Below are positions 20,552 to 29,674 of a DNA stretch of 64,000 nucleotides, one piece after another. The notes below the pieces were generated by a model. That model saw only the letters and a list, made by a program, of their open reading frames with translations, searched no databases and was not told the DNA's origin. This DNA comes from Actinomycetota bacterium. Its GTDB lineage: Bacteria > Actinomycetota > Actinomycetes > S36-B12 > UBA5976. Numbering within the stretch: position 1 is the stretch's first letter; every line of letters begins with the position of its first letter. A program made the position numbers and the translations under genes. Location: NCBI GenBank assembly GCA_947452755.1, contig CANGDT010000001.1:43217-107216 (forward strand). Reading direction: 5' to 3'.

Positions 20552-20947
20552 ATGAAAATTGGTGGTCTTCTTTTTGCTTGGGGAACTGCGTTCTACGCAA
20601 TTGTGACAGTCGTTTACTGGTTCATGTCTGGTGATCCAATTGGTACGACAGTCCTGGCACTCACTGGCGCTCTTGCGTTTCTGATTGGCTTCTACACAAT
20701 ATTCACATCGAATCGAGTCGGTCCTCTTCCTGAAGACAACGAAATTGCTGAAATTTCTGATGCCGACTCAAACTACGGTTTCTTTTCGCCACATTCATGG
20801 TGGCCGTTTGCTATCGGTCTTTCGACATTCACGGTTGTACTCGGTGTTATCTTCGCCAGGTGGATGGCAGTACTCGGTGTGGTTGCAATTCTTTACGCAG
20901 TATTCGGTTTGCTTTTCGAGTACTACCGCGGCGAATTCGCTGACTAG
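20552..20947 (+). CDS. ctaF: Cytochrome c oxidase subunit 4 (actinobacterial CtaF)
   Basis: The GFFSPHSWWP and LLFEYY motifs match my recollection of CtaF; four TM segments. Confidence 0.8.
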   Translation: MKIGGLLFAWGTAFYAIVTVVYWFMSGDPIGTTVLALTGALAFLIGFYTIFTSNRVGPLPEDNEIAEISDADSNYGFFSPHSWWPFAIGLSTFTVVLGVIFARWMAVLGVVAILYAVFGLLFEYYRGEFAD

Positions 20948-20958
20948 TTAGAACGGCT

Positions 20959-22149
20959 GTGCCCAGTTCATTTCGTCTGGCGCTTGCGCACCACGCTGGG
21001 AATTTAGCGGGAAAAGTTTCTCGCGCTACTGGTCGCGGTCGTGGCGAAACACTTCAAGGTCGTGTAGTTCTCGCTGTTGATTCAGGCGCCCTGACCAAGT
21101 TGTCCGCTGGTCGCGACATCGTGCTGGTCAGCGGCACAAATGGAAAAACTACGACTGCCGCAAACCTTGCTCGGATTCTCCAAGACGGCACCGAAGAGTT
21201 CGTCTCTACAAGTAAATATGGCGCAAACATGCGGGCGGGTATTGCTGCGGTGTTGTCCACAAAGCCGAGGCAACGTCTCGTAGTTCTTGAATGCGACGAG
21301 TTGTACTTACCCGAGATGTACCGCCAGCTTCAGCCCAAAGTGGTTGTCCTGCTGAACTTGAGCCGCGATCAACTTCATCGCACCGGCGAAGTGCGCAAAG
21401 TTGCTCAACTTTGGAAAGACACATTTACTCGTGATGATGTCACGCTAGTCATTGATCGTGATGATCCATTTTTGGAGTATGCCGCCAGTGCTGCCGGACA
21501 TGTGTTACGCGTGAGTTTTGGTGGTCGACGCCACCCAGACGCAGCGACCTGTCCTGCCTGCGCCAGACTCATTGACTGGTCGGCGGGAGATTACCGCTGT
21601 GAGTGTGGATTGGGCTCAGAGTTAGCTCAGGTTCGTGGTGACCAGCGCTTACAAGGTCCCGGTCGTAATGCAGTGCTCGCTATCGAGGCAGCCAGACTGA
21701 TGGGCGCAGTGGTGCCTATTGAGGTCCAGCAGGAGCTGACGGCTAATGCTCCAGATCGAACAGCGGAGTACACCTTCGGATCTCATTTCGTATTAGTGCG
21801 TCTTGCAAAGAACCCGGAAAGTTGGCGTGGTGCGCTGGGATCTGTGACCTGTGACGAAGTGATACTGAGTGTGAATGCTCGAGGTATTGATGGGCGTGAC
21901 ACATCGTGGCTCTGGGACATCGATTACTCACCGCTCATTGGGCGCCGCGTAATCTGTACAGGCGAACGCCGACTGGATGTGGCTTATCGTTTACATGTTC
22001 AAGGCGCTGAAGTAGCGGTGGCTGATACTTTCGATAATGCGATTGCGCTGTGTTCATCTCCGCGCGTGGAGGCAATTGCTAGCTATACGGCTTACCAAGA
22101 TCTCGCAGCGCGCGACATGGGGATTTCGACAACGATTGGGCGTGACTGA
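20959..22149 (+). CDS. murT: Lipid II isoglutaminyl synthase subunit MurT (Mur-ligase family)
   Basis: P-loop VSGTNGKTTT and a Cys4 ribbon CPACARL...CECG. It is translationally coupled to a GatD-type amidotransferase. Confidence 0.8.
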   Translation: MPSSFRLALAHHAGNLAGKVSRATGRGRGETLQGRVVLAVDSGALTKLSAGRDIVLVSGTNGKTTTAANLARILQDGTEEFVSTSKYGANMRAGIAAVLSTKPRQRLVVLECDELYLPEMYRQLQPKVVVLLNLSRDQLHRTGEVRKVAQLWKDTFTRDDVTLVIDRDDPFLEYAASAAGHVLRVSFGGRRHPDAATCPACARLIDWSAGDYRCECGLGSELAQVRGDQRLQGPGRNAVLAIEAARLMGAVVPIEVQQELTANAPDRTAEYTFGSHFVLVRLAKNPESWRGALGSVTCDEVILSVNARGIDGRDTSWLWDIDYSPLIGRRVICTGERRLDVAYRLHVQGAEVAVADTFDNAIALCSSPRVEAIASYTAYQDLAARDMGISTTIGRD

Positions 22150-22877
22150 TGAGTGCACTCACAATCGTTCGGTTGTACCACGACTTGTTGGGAACATACG
22201 GCGACCAAGGAAATGCCGAGGTACTTATGCATCGTGCGCGGGGCAGAGGCATTGAAGTCGAACTACTTGAAGTCACACCGGGTGATGCCGTGCCAACTCA
22301 AGGGGACATTTATTTGCTCGGTGGCGGTGAAGATGGTCCGCAAACGGTTGCACTTGAGATGTTGGCAAAGGACGGTGGCCTCAACCGTGCGGTCGATTCG
22401 GGCGCAACTGTATTTGCTGTGTGTGCCGGTTTCCAATTAATCGGTGCAACTTTGCCGAACTCTCAGGGCCTGGCAATTGATGGGCTGGGTCTGGTAGATG
22501 TCGAGACTATTTACCGCGACGTTCCGCGTAGTGTCGGCGAGCTAGTGATCACATTCAATGGTGACATGCAGGAACCGATTCTGACAGGGTTCGAAAACCA
22601 CCAAGGGCATACTCGGCTGGGATTTGGTGTACAGCCGCTCGGTTCGGTGATTTCTGGCGTTGGCAATGGCGTGCCAGGACGTGATGCCGAATGTGTGCGC
22701 CCTGAGGGGGTGTTGCAGGGCAAAGTAATTGGCACGTACCTTCACGGTCCCGCCTGTGCCCGCAACCCACAACTGGCTGACTTGATTCTGGAAAGCGCCT
22801 ATGGGGAACTTTCTCAATACTCTGATGAGTTTGCCGAAGCCTTCGCTGCCGAACGTCGCACAACACTATTGCGCTAA
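22149..22877 (+). CDS. gatD: Lipid II isoglutaminyl synthase glutaminase subunit GatD (CobQ-type GATase)
   Basis: Nucleophile motif AVCAGFQLIG and a late YLHGP histidine. 1-nt TGATG overlap with murT. Confidence 0.8.
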   Translation: MSALTIVRLYHDLLGTYGDQGNAEVLMHRARGRGIEVELLEVTPGDAVPTQGDIYLLGGGEDGPQTVALEMLAKDGGLNRAVDSGATVFAVCAGFQLIGATLPNSQGLAIDGLGLVDVETIYRDVPRSVGELVITFNGDMQEPILTGFENHQGHTRLGFGVQPLGSVISGVGNGVPGRDAECVRPEGVLQGKVIGTYLHGPACARNPQLADLILESAYGELSQYSDEFAEAFAAERRTTLLR

Positions 22878-22943
22878 CAGCATGTGCCCAGATTTCCTGT
22901 GCAATACGATAGGAAAACTTCAAAGGTAAGGAAAGGTCTCCTC

Positions 22944-23717
22944 ATGCAAAAGTTTCTTGACGATGCCAAGATTGGCCGCGATGCAATCCACCAAGCCAGA
23001 ATTGATTTGGCCGCCGCCCATCGACTTGCAGTCAATTACGGATTCCATGAAGGCATTGATAACCATTTCACGTTGATGGTCCCAGGATTCGATGATCGAT
23101 TCTTTCTTGCGCCGTTCGGACTGCATTGGTCAGAAATCAAAGCCAGTGACTTCTTGGTTGTCGATTTTTACGGCAACATCATCGAAGGTGAAGGGTTGAT
23201 TGAAGAGACAGCCTTTTACATTCATGCACCAATCCATCAAGCTGATCGGAAAATCCAGGCTGTGCTTCACACCCACATGCCGTATGCAACTGCCCTGAGC
23301 ATGCTGGAAGATCCAGAACTTGATATGGCGAGCCAGAATGCAATTGGTTTTCGAGATGAAGTGTTCTACGACTGTGAATACAACGGGCTGGCTTACGACC
23401 GCTCGGAAGGCGAACGGATGACTAAGGCGCTTGGCGATAAGAACATCTTGATGCTGCGTAATCATGGCATTGTGGTGACAGGTAAGACTGTGGCTGAAGC
23501 ATTTCACAACCTCTATTTCTTTGAGCGCACCGCTGAAGTTCATGTACTAGCACTGTCTATGGGTCGAGATATTAGGTTGGTGCCAAAGGACATTGTTGAT
23601 AACACTGTCGAACAGTTCAAAGAATCACCAGATGTCGGTGGAGTAAATCGTATTGAACTGCATTTCGCAGCGCTCAAGCGAATCCTTGATCGCACCCAAC
23701 CTGACTACATCCAATAA
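22944..23717 (+). CDS. Class II aldolase/adducin-domain protein
   Basis: The AVLHTHMPYATALS metal-ligand region and LLRNHGIVV are typical of the family. The start is set to MQKFLDD (22944). Confidence 0.75.
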   Translation: MQKFLDDAKIGRDAIHQARIDLAAAHRLAVNYGFHEGIDNHFTLMVPGFDDRFFLAPFGLHWSEIKASDFLVVDFYGNIIEGEGLIEETAFYIHAPIHQADRKIQAVLHTHMPYATALSMLEDPELDMASQNAIGFRDEVFYDCEYNGLAYDRSEGERMTKALGDKNILMLRNHGIVVTGKTVAEAFHNLYFFERTAEVHVLALSMGRDIRLVPKDIVDNTVEQFKESPDVGGVNRIELHFAALKRILDRTQPDYIQ

Positions 23718-24877
23718 TGACAACATCGACGAAGGCCGGCATCTTGACTGAAGCCGGCCAGCTGCTAGCGAACCTCATCCACATTGATTCTGGAAATCCC
23801 GATCTAGTGCCAGGCGCCGCTGGTGAGTCAGAAATTGCGGCTTTCTTAGAGGATTGGTTTAAGGCGGAAGGCTTTGAATGCCACTGGCTTGAAGCAACTC
23901 AAGGCCGTCCATCTGTAGTAGGTATTTCTCGGGGCACTGGCGGCGGAAAGTCTCTGATGTTCAATGGTCACATTGATACCGTGTCGCTGGCGAGTTACCA
24001 CGGTAACCCCACTGATCCGGTTGTGCGAGACGGAAACATGTATGGACGTGGCTCATTCGACATGAAGGGTGGGATAGCCGCGATGATGGTCGCGGCCAAG
24101 CGAGCAAGAGCGGCCGGGCATGCAGGGGACATCATCGTGGCATGTGTTGCCGATGAAGAAGCAGCGAGCATGGGTACTGAGGAAGTATTGGAGCACTTCA
24201 CTGCAGATGCAGGTCTGATTATTGAACCTTCGTATCTGCAGGTCACCATGGCGCATAAAGGGTTTGTGTGGTTCGATGTGACGATTCATGGAAGGGCTGC
24301 ACACGGCAGCCGTCCAGAACTGGGTATTGACGCCATTGCCAAGGCGGGCCATTTCCTTGTGGCCCTGGAAGAGTATGGCAACGACTTAGCACTCAAGGCG
24401 CATCCAGTACTTGGACCGGGCACCGTCCATGCCTCGCTTATTTCAGGTGGGGAAGAGGCATCGAGCTATCCAGCTGAATGCCGCATAACAATCGAACGTA
24501 GAACTGTTCCTGGCGAGGCTCTGGATACCGTTCAGCAAGAATTGGTCGACATCCTTGAGCGTCTAGAACGCGATGTTGAGGACTTCTCGTGGTCCCTGGC
24601 AGCCGGTCTGTCACGACAGCCATTCCAAGCAGATCCGGCCGCCGCAATCAGCCAAATCGCCTTACGGCACATCACTTCGGCATTAGGTAAGCCGCCTGTG
24701 ATCAGGGCCGAGCCATTTTGGACCGATTGTGCGCTATTGGCCGATGCAGGGATTCCTTGCTTACTGTTTGGGCTCGATGGTGACGGCGCACATGCGGCAA
24801 CAGAATGGATCACACTGGAGTCACTGGAGATAGTGACAAGCGTATTAACTGACATCGCACTAGATTTTTGTAATTAA
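23717..24877 (+). CDS. M20-family metallohydrolase (ArgE/DapE/acylase type)
   Basis: GHIDTV, GRGSFDMKGG and ADEE metal-ligand motifs. TAATG overlap with the aldolase gene. Confidence 0.8.
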   Translation: MTTSTKAGILTEAGQLLANLIHIDSGNPDLVPGAAGESEIAAFLEDWFKAEGFECHWLEATQGRPSVVGISRGTGGGKSLMFNGHIDTVSLASYHGNPTDPVVRDGNMYGRGSFDMKGGIAAMMVAAKRARAAGHAGDIIVACVADEEAASMGTEEVLEHFTADAGLIIEPSYLQVTMAHKGFVWFDVTIHGRAAHGSRPELGIDAIAKAGHFLVALEEYGNDLALKAHPVLGPGTVHASLISGGEEASSYPAECRITIERRTVPGEALDTVQQELVDILERLERDVEDFSWSLAAGLSRQPFQADPAAAISQIALRHITSALGKPPVIRAEPFWTDCALLADAGIPCLLFGLDGDGAHAATEWITLESLEIVTSVLTDIALDFCN

Positions 24878-24904
24878 AATTCTCCGTTCCTAACAAATTT
24901 TGCA

Positions 24905-24948
24905 AACAACAAATCCCGCCAGAAACTTTCCTGGCGGGATTTGTTGTT
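24905..24948. terminator. Bidirectional hairpin terminator between convergent M20 gene and qcrB
   Basis: Perfect 18-bp stem aacaacaaatcccgccag / ctggcgggatttgttgtt with an 8-nt loop. Confidence 0.8.
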
Positions 24949-24960
24949 AAGCGATTAAGG

Positions 24961-26634
24961 CTAGTGTCCTTCGATGGCGCCTGAATGCTCTTGTGCTTCG
25001 TGCAAGGCATGTGCCTGATGCTCGAGTGCAGCTTTCAGTTCCTCGTCAGTCGGTGTGGCCACATTGTCCGAATAGAACCAACTGGATAGTCGAGCGCGTG
25101 TTGCGTTCTTCTTCGCCTTTGGATTGCGGACGCCATTTTCGTCAATAGCGGCTTCAAGTGCCAGCGGAGCAATGTCTTCCTTGCCTAGGATCACTGCTGC
25201 GGCATGGGTTGAAATTGGCTCGTGGACCTCAATGAATTCACCATGTGGCAAACGCAGAACTCGACCCGTTTCGTAACCATGGAGGAGTTTGTCATTGTCG
25301 CGACGTTGCAGACCAAGGCAGATGCGCTTGGTCACTACGAAGGCCAACGGCGGCGCTACAAAGAGCAGTACGCGGAAACTCCACGTGATCTGGTTGATGG
25401 ACAGGTGGAACGCGGTAGCCAAAATGTCGTTACCGCCTGAGATCCACAGAATCAAGTAGAAGGTCAAGGCAAGTACACCAAGGCCCGTGCGGGTTGGTGC
25501 GTTGCGTGGACGATCAAGCAGGTGATGCTCGCGCTTGTCGCCAGTAACCCAAGCTTCAATCCATGGATACAGACCCAGAGCCGTGAACATAATCCCGGGA
25601 ATGATCAATGCAGGAATCAACAAATTCCAACTAATGGTGTGACCGAATGCGTTTGTTTCCCAGTTAGGCGTCAAACGTACGGCGCCATCCAGCCATCCGA
25701 TGTACCAGTCAGGCTGCGAACCTGCGGTGACCTGCGATGGCGTGTAAGGGCCGTACATCCACACTGGGTTGATTGTTACTAATGCAGCAATCAATGTGGT
25801 GATACCAAACACGATGAAGAAGAAGCCGCCAGCCTTTGCCATGTAGACAGGGAATAGGCGGTAACCAACGACGTTGCTCTCGGTGCGTCCTGGTCCAGCA
25901 AATTGTGTGTGCTTTTGGTAGAACACCATAATCAAGTGAACTGTCACAAGCGCAAGCAAGATTCCTGGAACAAGCAGGATGTGGATTGAGTAAAGACGTG
26001 GGATGAAGTCAGTGCCAGGGAATTCGCCGCCAAAAAGGAACATTGCCAAGTAAGTTCCGACGAGCGGAATCGCCTGCATAATTCCTTCAGCGATGCGCAG
26101 TCCAGTACCTGAAAGCAAGTCATCGGGAAGTGAATAACCGGCGAATCCTTCAAGGATGGCGAGTACCAACAGCAAAGTACCGATAACCCAGTTGATCTCA
26201 CGTGGTTTACGGAATGCGCCAGTGAAGAACACGCGAAGTAGATGCACAGAGACTGCGGCAACGAAGAACAACGCAGCCCAGTGGTGAATCTGACGAAGCA
26301 ACAAACCGCCGCGAACATCAAATGAGATGTCCAGAGTCGAGCTGTATGCCTCGGACATCTTGACACCCTTGAGTGGCATGTATGAGCCGTTATAGATGAT
26401 TTCTGTCATCGATGGCTTGAACCACAATGTCAGGTAAGTTCCCGACAGCAACAAAATAATAAAGCTGTACAGAGCGATTTCACCGAGCATAAATGACCAG
26501 TGGTCAGGGAACACCTTGTCGAGCAGGCGCTTAGTGAAGTTTGACGAGGCTAGACGCTCGTCAATGTAGACAGCAGCTGCGCCACCCTTTGTTGCAGGTG
26601 GGTTACTTACTGACTGTGATGATGTGGTGCTCAT
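24961..26634 (-). CDS. qcrB: Cytochrome bc1 complex cytochrome b subunit
   Basis: Long polytopic cytochrome b with conserved His pairs (RQIHHW, SIHILLVP); 557 aa. It is the last gene of qcrCAB. Confidence 0.92.
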   Translation of the reverse strand: MSTTSSQSVSNPPATKGGAAAVYIDERLASSNFTKRLLDKVFPDHWSFMLGEIALYSFIILLLSGTYLTLWFKPSMTEIIYNGSYMPLKGVKMSEAYSSTLDISFDVRGGLLLRQIHHWAALFFVAAVSVHLLRVFFTGAFRKPREINWVIGTLLLVLAILEGFAGYSLPDDLLSGTGLRIAEGIMQAIPLVGTYLAMFLFGGEFPGTDFIPRLYSIHILLVPGILLALVTVHLIMVFYQKHTQFAGPGRTESNVVGYRLFPVYMAKAGGFFFIVFGITTLIAALVTINPVWMYGPYTPSQVTAGSQPDWYIGWLDGAVRLTPNWETNAFGHTISWNLLIPALIIPGIMFTALGLYPWIEAWVTGDKREHHLLDRPRNAPTRTGLGVLALTFYLILWISGGNDILATAFHLSINQITWSFRVLLFVAPPLAFVVTKRICLGLQRRDNDKLLHGYETGRVLRLPHGEFIEVHEPISTHAAAVILGKEDIAPLALEAAIDENGVRNPKAKKNATRARLSSWFYSDNVATPTDEELKAALEHQAHALHEAQEHSGAIEGH

Positions 26635-27683
26635 CCGCGCTCCCAGAAACTAGGTCCGATTGGTTCTTGGAAACCCTGCTTTGCAACAAGGTAACCATCG
26701 GCATCAACTGTGATCGCAAGTTGTGGCATGCGTCGTGCAGCTGGACCGAAGACCACATTGCCCGAGTCAGCGAGGTCGAAGGTTGATTGGTGGCAAGGGC
26801 ACAAAAGGTGATGTGTCCGCTGTTGGTACAACGATATCGGACAACCAACATGTGTGCAGATTTTAGAGAACGCAAGGATTCCTTGGTAATCCCAACCTTC
26901 ACCCTGCTGGGACACAATCTCCGCTGGAGCCATACGAACCAAAATGATGGAGGCCTTACCGCGTTCGTTGATGTTGCCATCTTCTTCTTCAATTTTGAGA
27001 AGATTTTCTGGCACCGCGTTGACCAATCCACCTACAGGAATGTCGGTGGCCTTGATGCGACGGTAAGTCGGGTCGGTGACGATGTGCACACCTTGATCCC
27101 AGATTGTTGTACGAAGGCGCTTACCTGGCATTGGGCCCAGGTCGCGAAGTAGTACCACTAGTGGAATAGGGAAAGCAGCGAGGGCGCCTAGGAGTGTGCG
27201 ACGGATAAGTTTGCGTTCACCAAAACCTGAGTCTGCCGCACCGCGCTTGAAGCTCTCGTTGACAGCTTCACGTTCTTCGTTGGTGGAGCGAAGTGCGTGA
27301 CGTTCTTGTGTCACTTCTTCGTCGTTCATCAGTTTCTTAGCCCAGTGAATTGCGCCTGTACCGATAAGGAAAATCGCTAGGCCAAATAGAAAGCCAGTAG
27401 TGATGTGGTTGGCATTAACAACGCCAATAACCGGTACATCAATGAAATTATCATTTGGAATCTTGACGTATGCGACAACAAAAAGAATGATGCAGATTGT
27501 CGATAAGGCAAACATCGCTGCCACCTGGCGTTCTGCACGCGCTGCGATTCGTGGATCCGTGTCAGCCCGACGAAGAGTGTGATCCTCGAGTGGGAAGACT
27601 GTGATTCCGCTAACTACGTCTTTGCCATTTGCTGAACCATAAGGTTCCTGCGTGTTTTCGGCACCGTGTTCTAACTCGTTCAT
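26631..27683 (-). CDS. qcrA: Cytochrome bc1 complex Rieske iron-sulfur subunit
   Basis: Rieske boxes CTHVGCP and CPCHQSTF. The start is set to ATG 27683, which forms an ATGA overlap with the qcrC stop. Confidence 0.9.
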   Translation of the reverse strand: MNELEHGAENTQEPYGSANGKDVVSGITVFPLEDHTLRRADTDPRIAARAERQVAAMFALSTICIILFVVAYVKIPNDNFIDVPVIGVVNANHITTGFLFGLAIFLIGTGAIHWAKKLMNDEEVTQERHALRSTNEEREAVNESFKRGAADSGFGERKLIRRTLLGALAAFPIPLVVLLRDLGPMPGKRLRTTIWDQGVHIVTDPTYRRIKATDIPVGGLVNAVPENLLKIEEEDGNINERGKASIILVRMAPAEIVSQQGEGWDYQGILAFSKICTHVGCPISLYQQRTHHLLCPCHQSTFDLADSGNVVFGPAARRMPQLAITVDADGYLVAKQGFQEPIGPSFWERG

Positions 27684-28456
27684 CGTGCACGCGCTCCAAT
27701 CCACACAGCAACAATCATGAGAGCAGCCATGCCGCCAACAAAGATGAAGAGACCTTCAGTTACTGCGCCTAGTCGGCCAAGTGAGAATCCACCAGGGCTT
27801 TCGTTCTTTTGCAATTCGCTGAGGTACAACATGATGTCCTTCTTTTCAGAAGGAGTGATCGTCTTGTCACTGAAAACTGGCATTGACTGTGGACCAGACA
27901 CCATTGCTTCGTAAACATCTTTGTTGTTGGAATTCATCAACGAAGGTGCCCAACGACCTTGGGAAAGAGCGCCACCCTTCGCAGAAGCACTATGGCACTG
28001 TGCGCAGTTGGTGCGGAAGAGTTCTCCACCCATTGCAAGATCCGCGCCTGAGGTGTTAACCATTTCAGCAGTAGGGATCGATGGGCCAGGACCAAGGCTT
28101 GCTACATAAGCAGCCAGAGCGGCAATTTCGCTCGTGTTGTACTGAGTCTTGCGGGCAACGGCCTGGATACCAGGACCAGCCATCGGCATACGACCTGATC
28201 CAACTTGGAAGTCAACAGCCGCTGAACCCACACCAATAAGTGATGGGCCATCTGATGAGCCTTGCGCCGCCATACCGTGGCATGAAGAGCAACCCTCGAG
28301 GAACAGTTGCTTTCCTTGGTCCACCTGTGTTGCTGACGCGACAGTTGCCTTAGGAGCAGCTTGGGCGGATACGGCAGCGTATGCCGCACCTGTAGTGCCA
28401 AGAGCGACCGCAAGCACTGCGAACAATGCAGCTGGGTGTCTACGACTGATAGCCAC
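27680..28456 (-). CDS. qcrC: Cytochrome bc1 complex diheme cytochrome c subunit
   Basis: Two heme c sites, CSSCHG and CAQCHS, and a C-terminal TM anchor. Confidence 0.9.
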   Translation of the reverse strand: MAISRRHPAALFAVLAVALGTTGAAYAAVSAQAAPKATVASATQVDQGKQLFLEGCSSCHGMAAQGSSDGPSLIGVGSAAVDFQVGSGRMPMAGPGIQAVARKTQYNTSEIAALAAYVASLGPGPSIPTAEMVNTSGADLAMGGELFRTNCAQCHSASAKGGALSQGRWAPSLMNSNNKDVYEAMVSGPQSMPVFSDKTITPSEKKDIMLYLSELQKNESPGGFSLGRLGAVTEGLFIFVGGMAALMIVAVWIGARAR

Positions 28457-28516
28457 TTATTTATCCCTTGTGTGATGTGAGTTTTGTGAAGTGCTTGTTA
28501 TTCAGTTAATGATTCG

Positions 28517-29113
28517 TTATTTGATGAGGTAGATAGTTGCGAAAAGTGCAATCCAGACAACATCAACAAAGTGCCAGTAATACGACACGACAATCGCTGA
28601 CGTTGCTTGATTATGGGTAAAGCGCTTGGTCGCGTAAGTGCGAGCAAGTACGTAGAGGAATGCAATAAGTCCGCCGGTTACGTGAAGACCGTGGAATCCG
28701 GTCGTCAAATAGAAAGCGGATCCGTAAGGTGACGACGAGAGAGTCAAATCTTCTTTGACAAGCTTGGAGTATTCAGCGACCTGGCCGCCGATGAAGAATG
28801 CGCCCATGAGGAACGTGATCATGAACCACTTTCGCAACCCCTTCACATCTCCACGCTCAGCAGCAAACACACCTAACTGGCAGGTCACACTGGAAAGAAC
28901 CAGAACAGTGGTGTTGATTGAAGCAAATGGGATGTTTAACTTCTCAGTTTCAGTGGCCCAAATATCCAGGTTTACTGAGCGGAGAGTGAAGTACATCGCG
29001 AACAAAGCTGCGAAGAACATGAGCTCGCTAGAAAGCCAAACGATAGTTCCGACAGAAACCATATTTGGGCGCTCGGCCTGGGTTGGGATACGAACTGAAG
29101 ATGCTGTAGTCAC
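28517..29113 (-). CDS. ctaE: Cytochrome c oxidase subunit III
   Basis: Five-TM short CtaE form (WHFVDVVW motif). It sits immediately upstream of qcrCAB, as in other actinobacteria. Confidence 0.9.
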   Translation of the reverse strand: MTTASSVRIPTQAERPNMVSVGTIVWLSSELMFFAALFAMYFTLRSVNLDIWATETEKLNIPFASINTTVLVLSSVTCQLGVFAAERGDVKGLRKWFMITFLMGAFFIGGQVAEYSKLVKEDLTLSSSPYGSAFYLTTGFHGLHVTGGLIAFLYVLARTYATKRFTHNQATSAIVVSYYWHFVDVVWIALFATIYLIK

Positions 29114-29244
29114 ATAGGAAGTTTAGCCAACTGGCCCCCCAATATCGCGCGCTGGTCCTGATTTTCGGGGTGTTTGTGACCTATGCCATGTATCTATCAA
29201 TCTGGCTCCTCAAAGCCTCAGGGGAACGAGCGTGAGATAGGATT

Positions 29245-29664
29245 TTGCACGTGCCACAATCAGAGCGAATCCTCAAAGTCCTGGTCTACAGCGACGACTC
29301 ATCCGTACGCGCCACCGTGCGCACTTCACTGGGCCGCAAGCCATCACCAGACATTGCAGATGTCGAGCTTTTCGAATGCGCCACCGAACCAGCAGTTATT
29401 GCCGCAATGGATAAGAAGAAGTTCGATTTGGTCATCCTTGATGGCGAAGCCGTTCCTGCCGGCGGAATGGGCGTATGTCGCCAGCTGAAGGACGAGATTT
29501 TCAACTGCCCACCAATCTTGGTTCTCGTTGCACGTAAAGACGATCGCTGGTTGGCCACCTGGTCCCGGGCCGATGCCGTCGTTTCACACCCAATCGATCC
29601 GCGTGCACTCGTACAGGCAGCACTGGATCTGTTGACACAGAACACCACAATTTCGGCTATCTAG
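29245..29664 (+). CDS. Stand-alone receiver-domain protein (atypical response-regulator receiver)
   Basis: CheY-like pattern with VLVYSDDSS (acidic pair) and DLVILDGE (putative phospho-Asp). ILVLVARKD and VVSHPIDP sit where T/S and K-P are expected. TTG start; GTG 29251 is an alternative. Confidence 0.65.
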   Translation: MHVPQSERILKVLVYSDDSSVRATVRTSLGRKPSPDIADVELFECATEPAVIAAMDKKKFDLVILDGEAVPAGGMGVCRQLKDEIFNCPPILVLVARKDDRWLATWSRADAVVSHPIDPRALVQAALDLLTQNTTISAI

Positions 29665-29674
29665 GAATCTGTTC

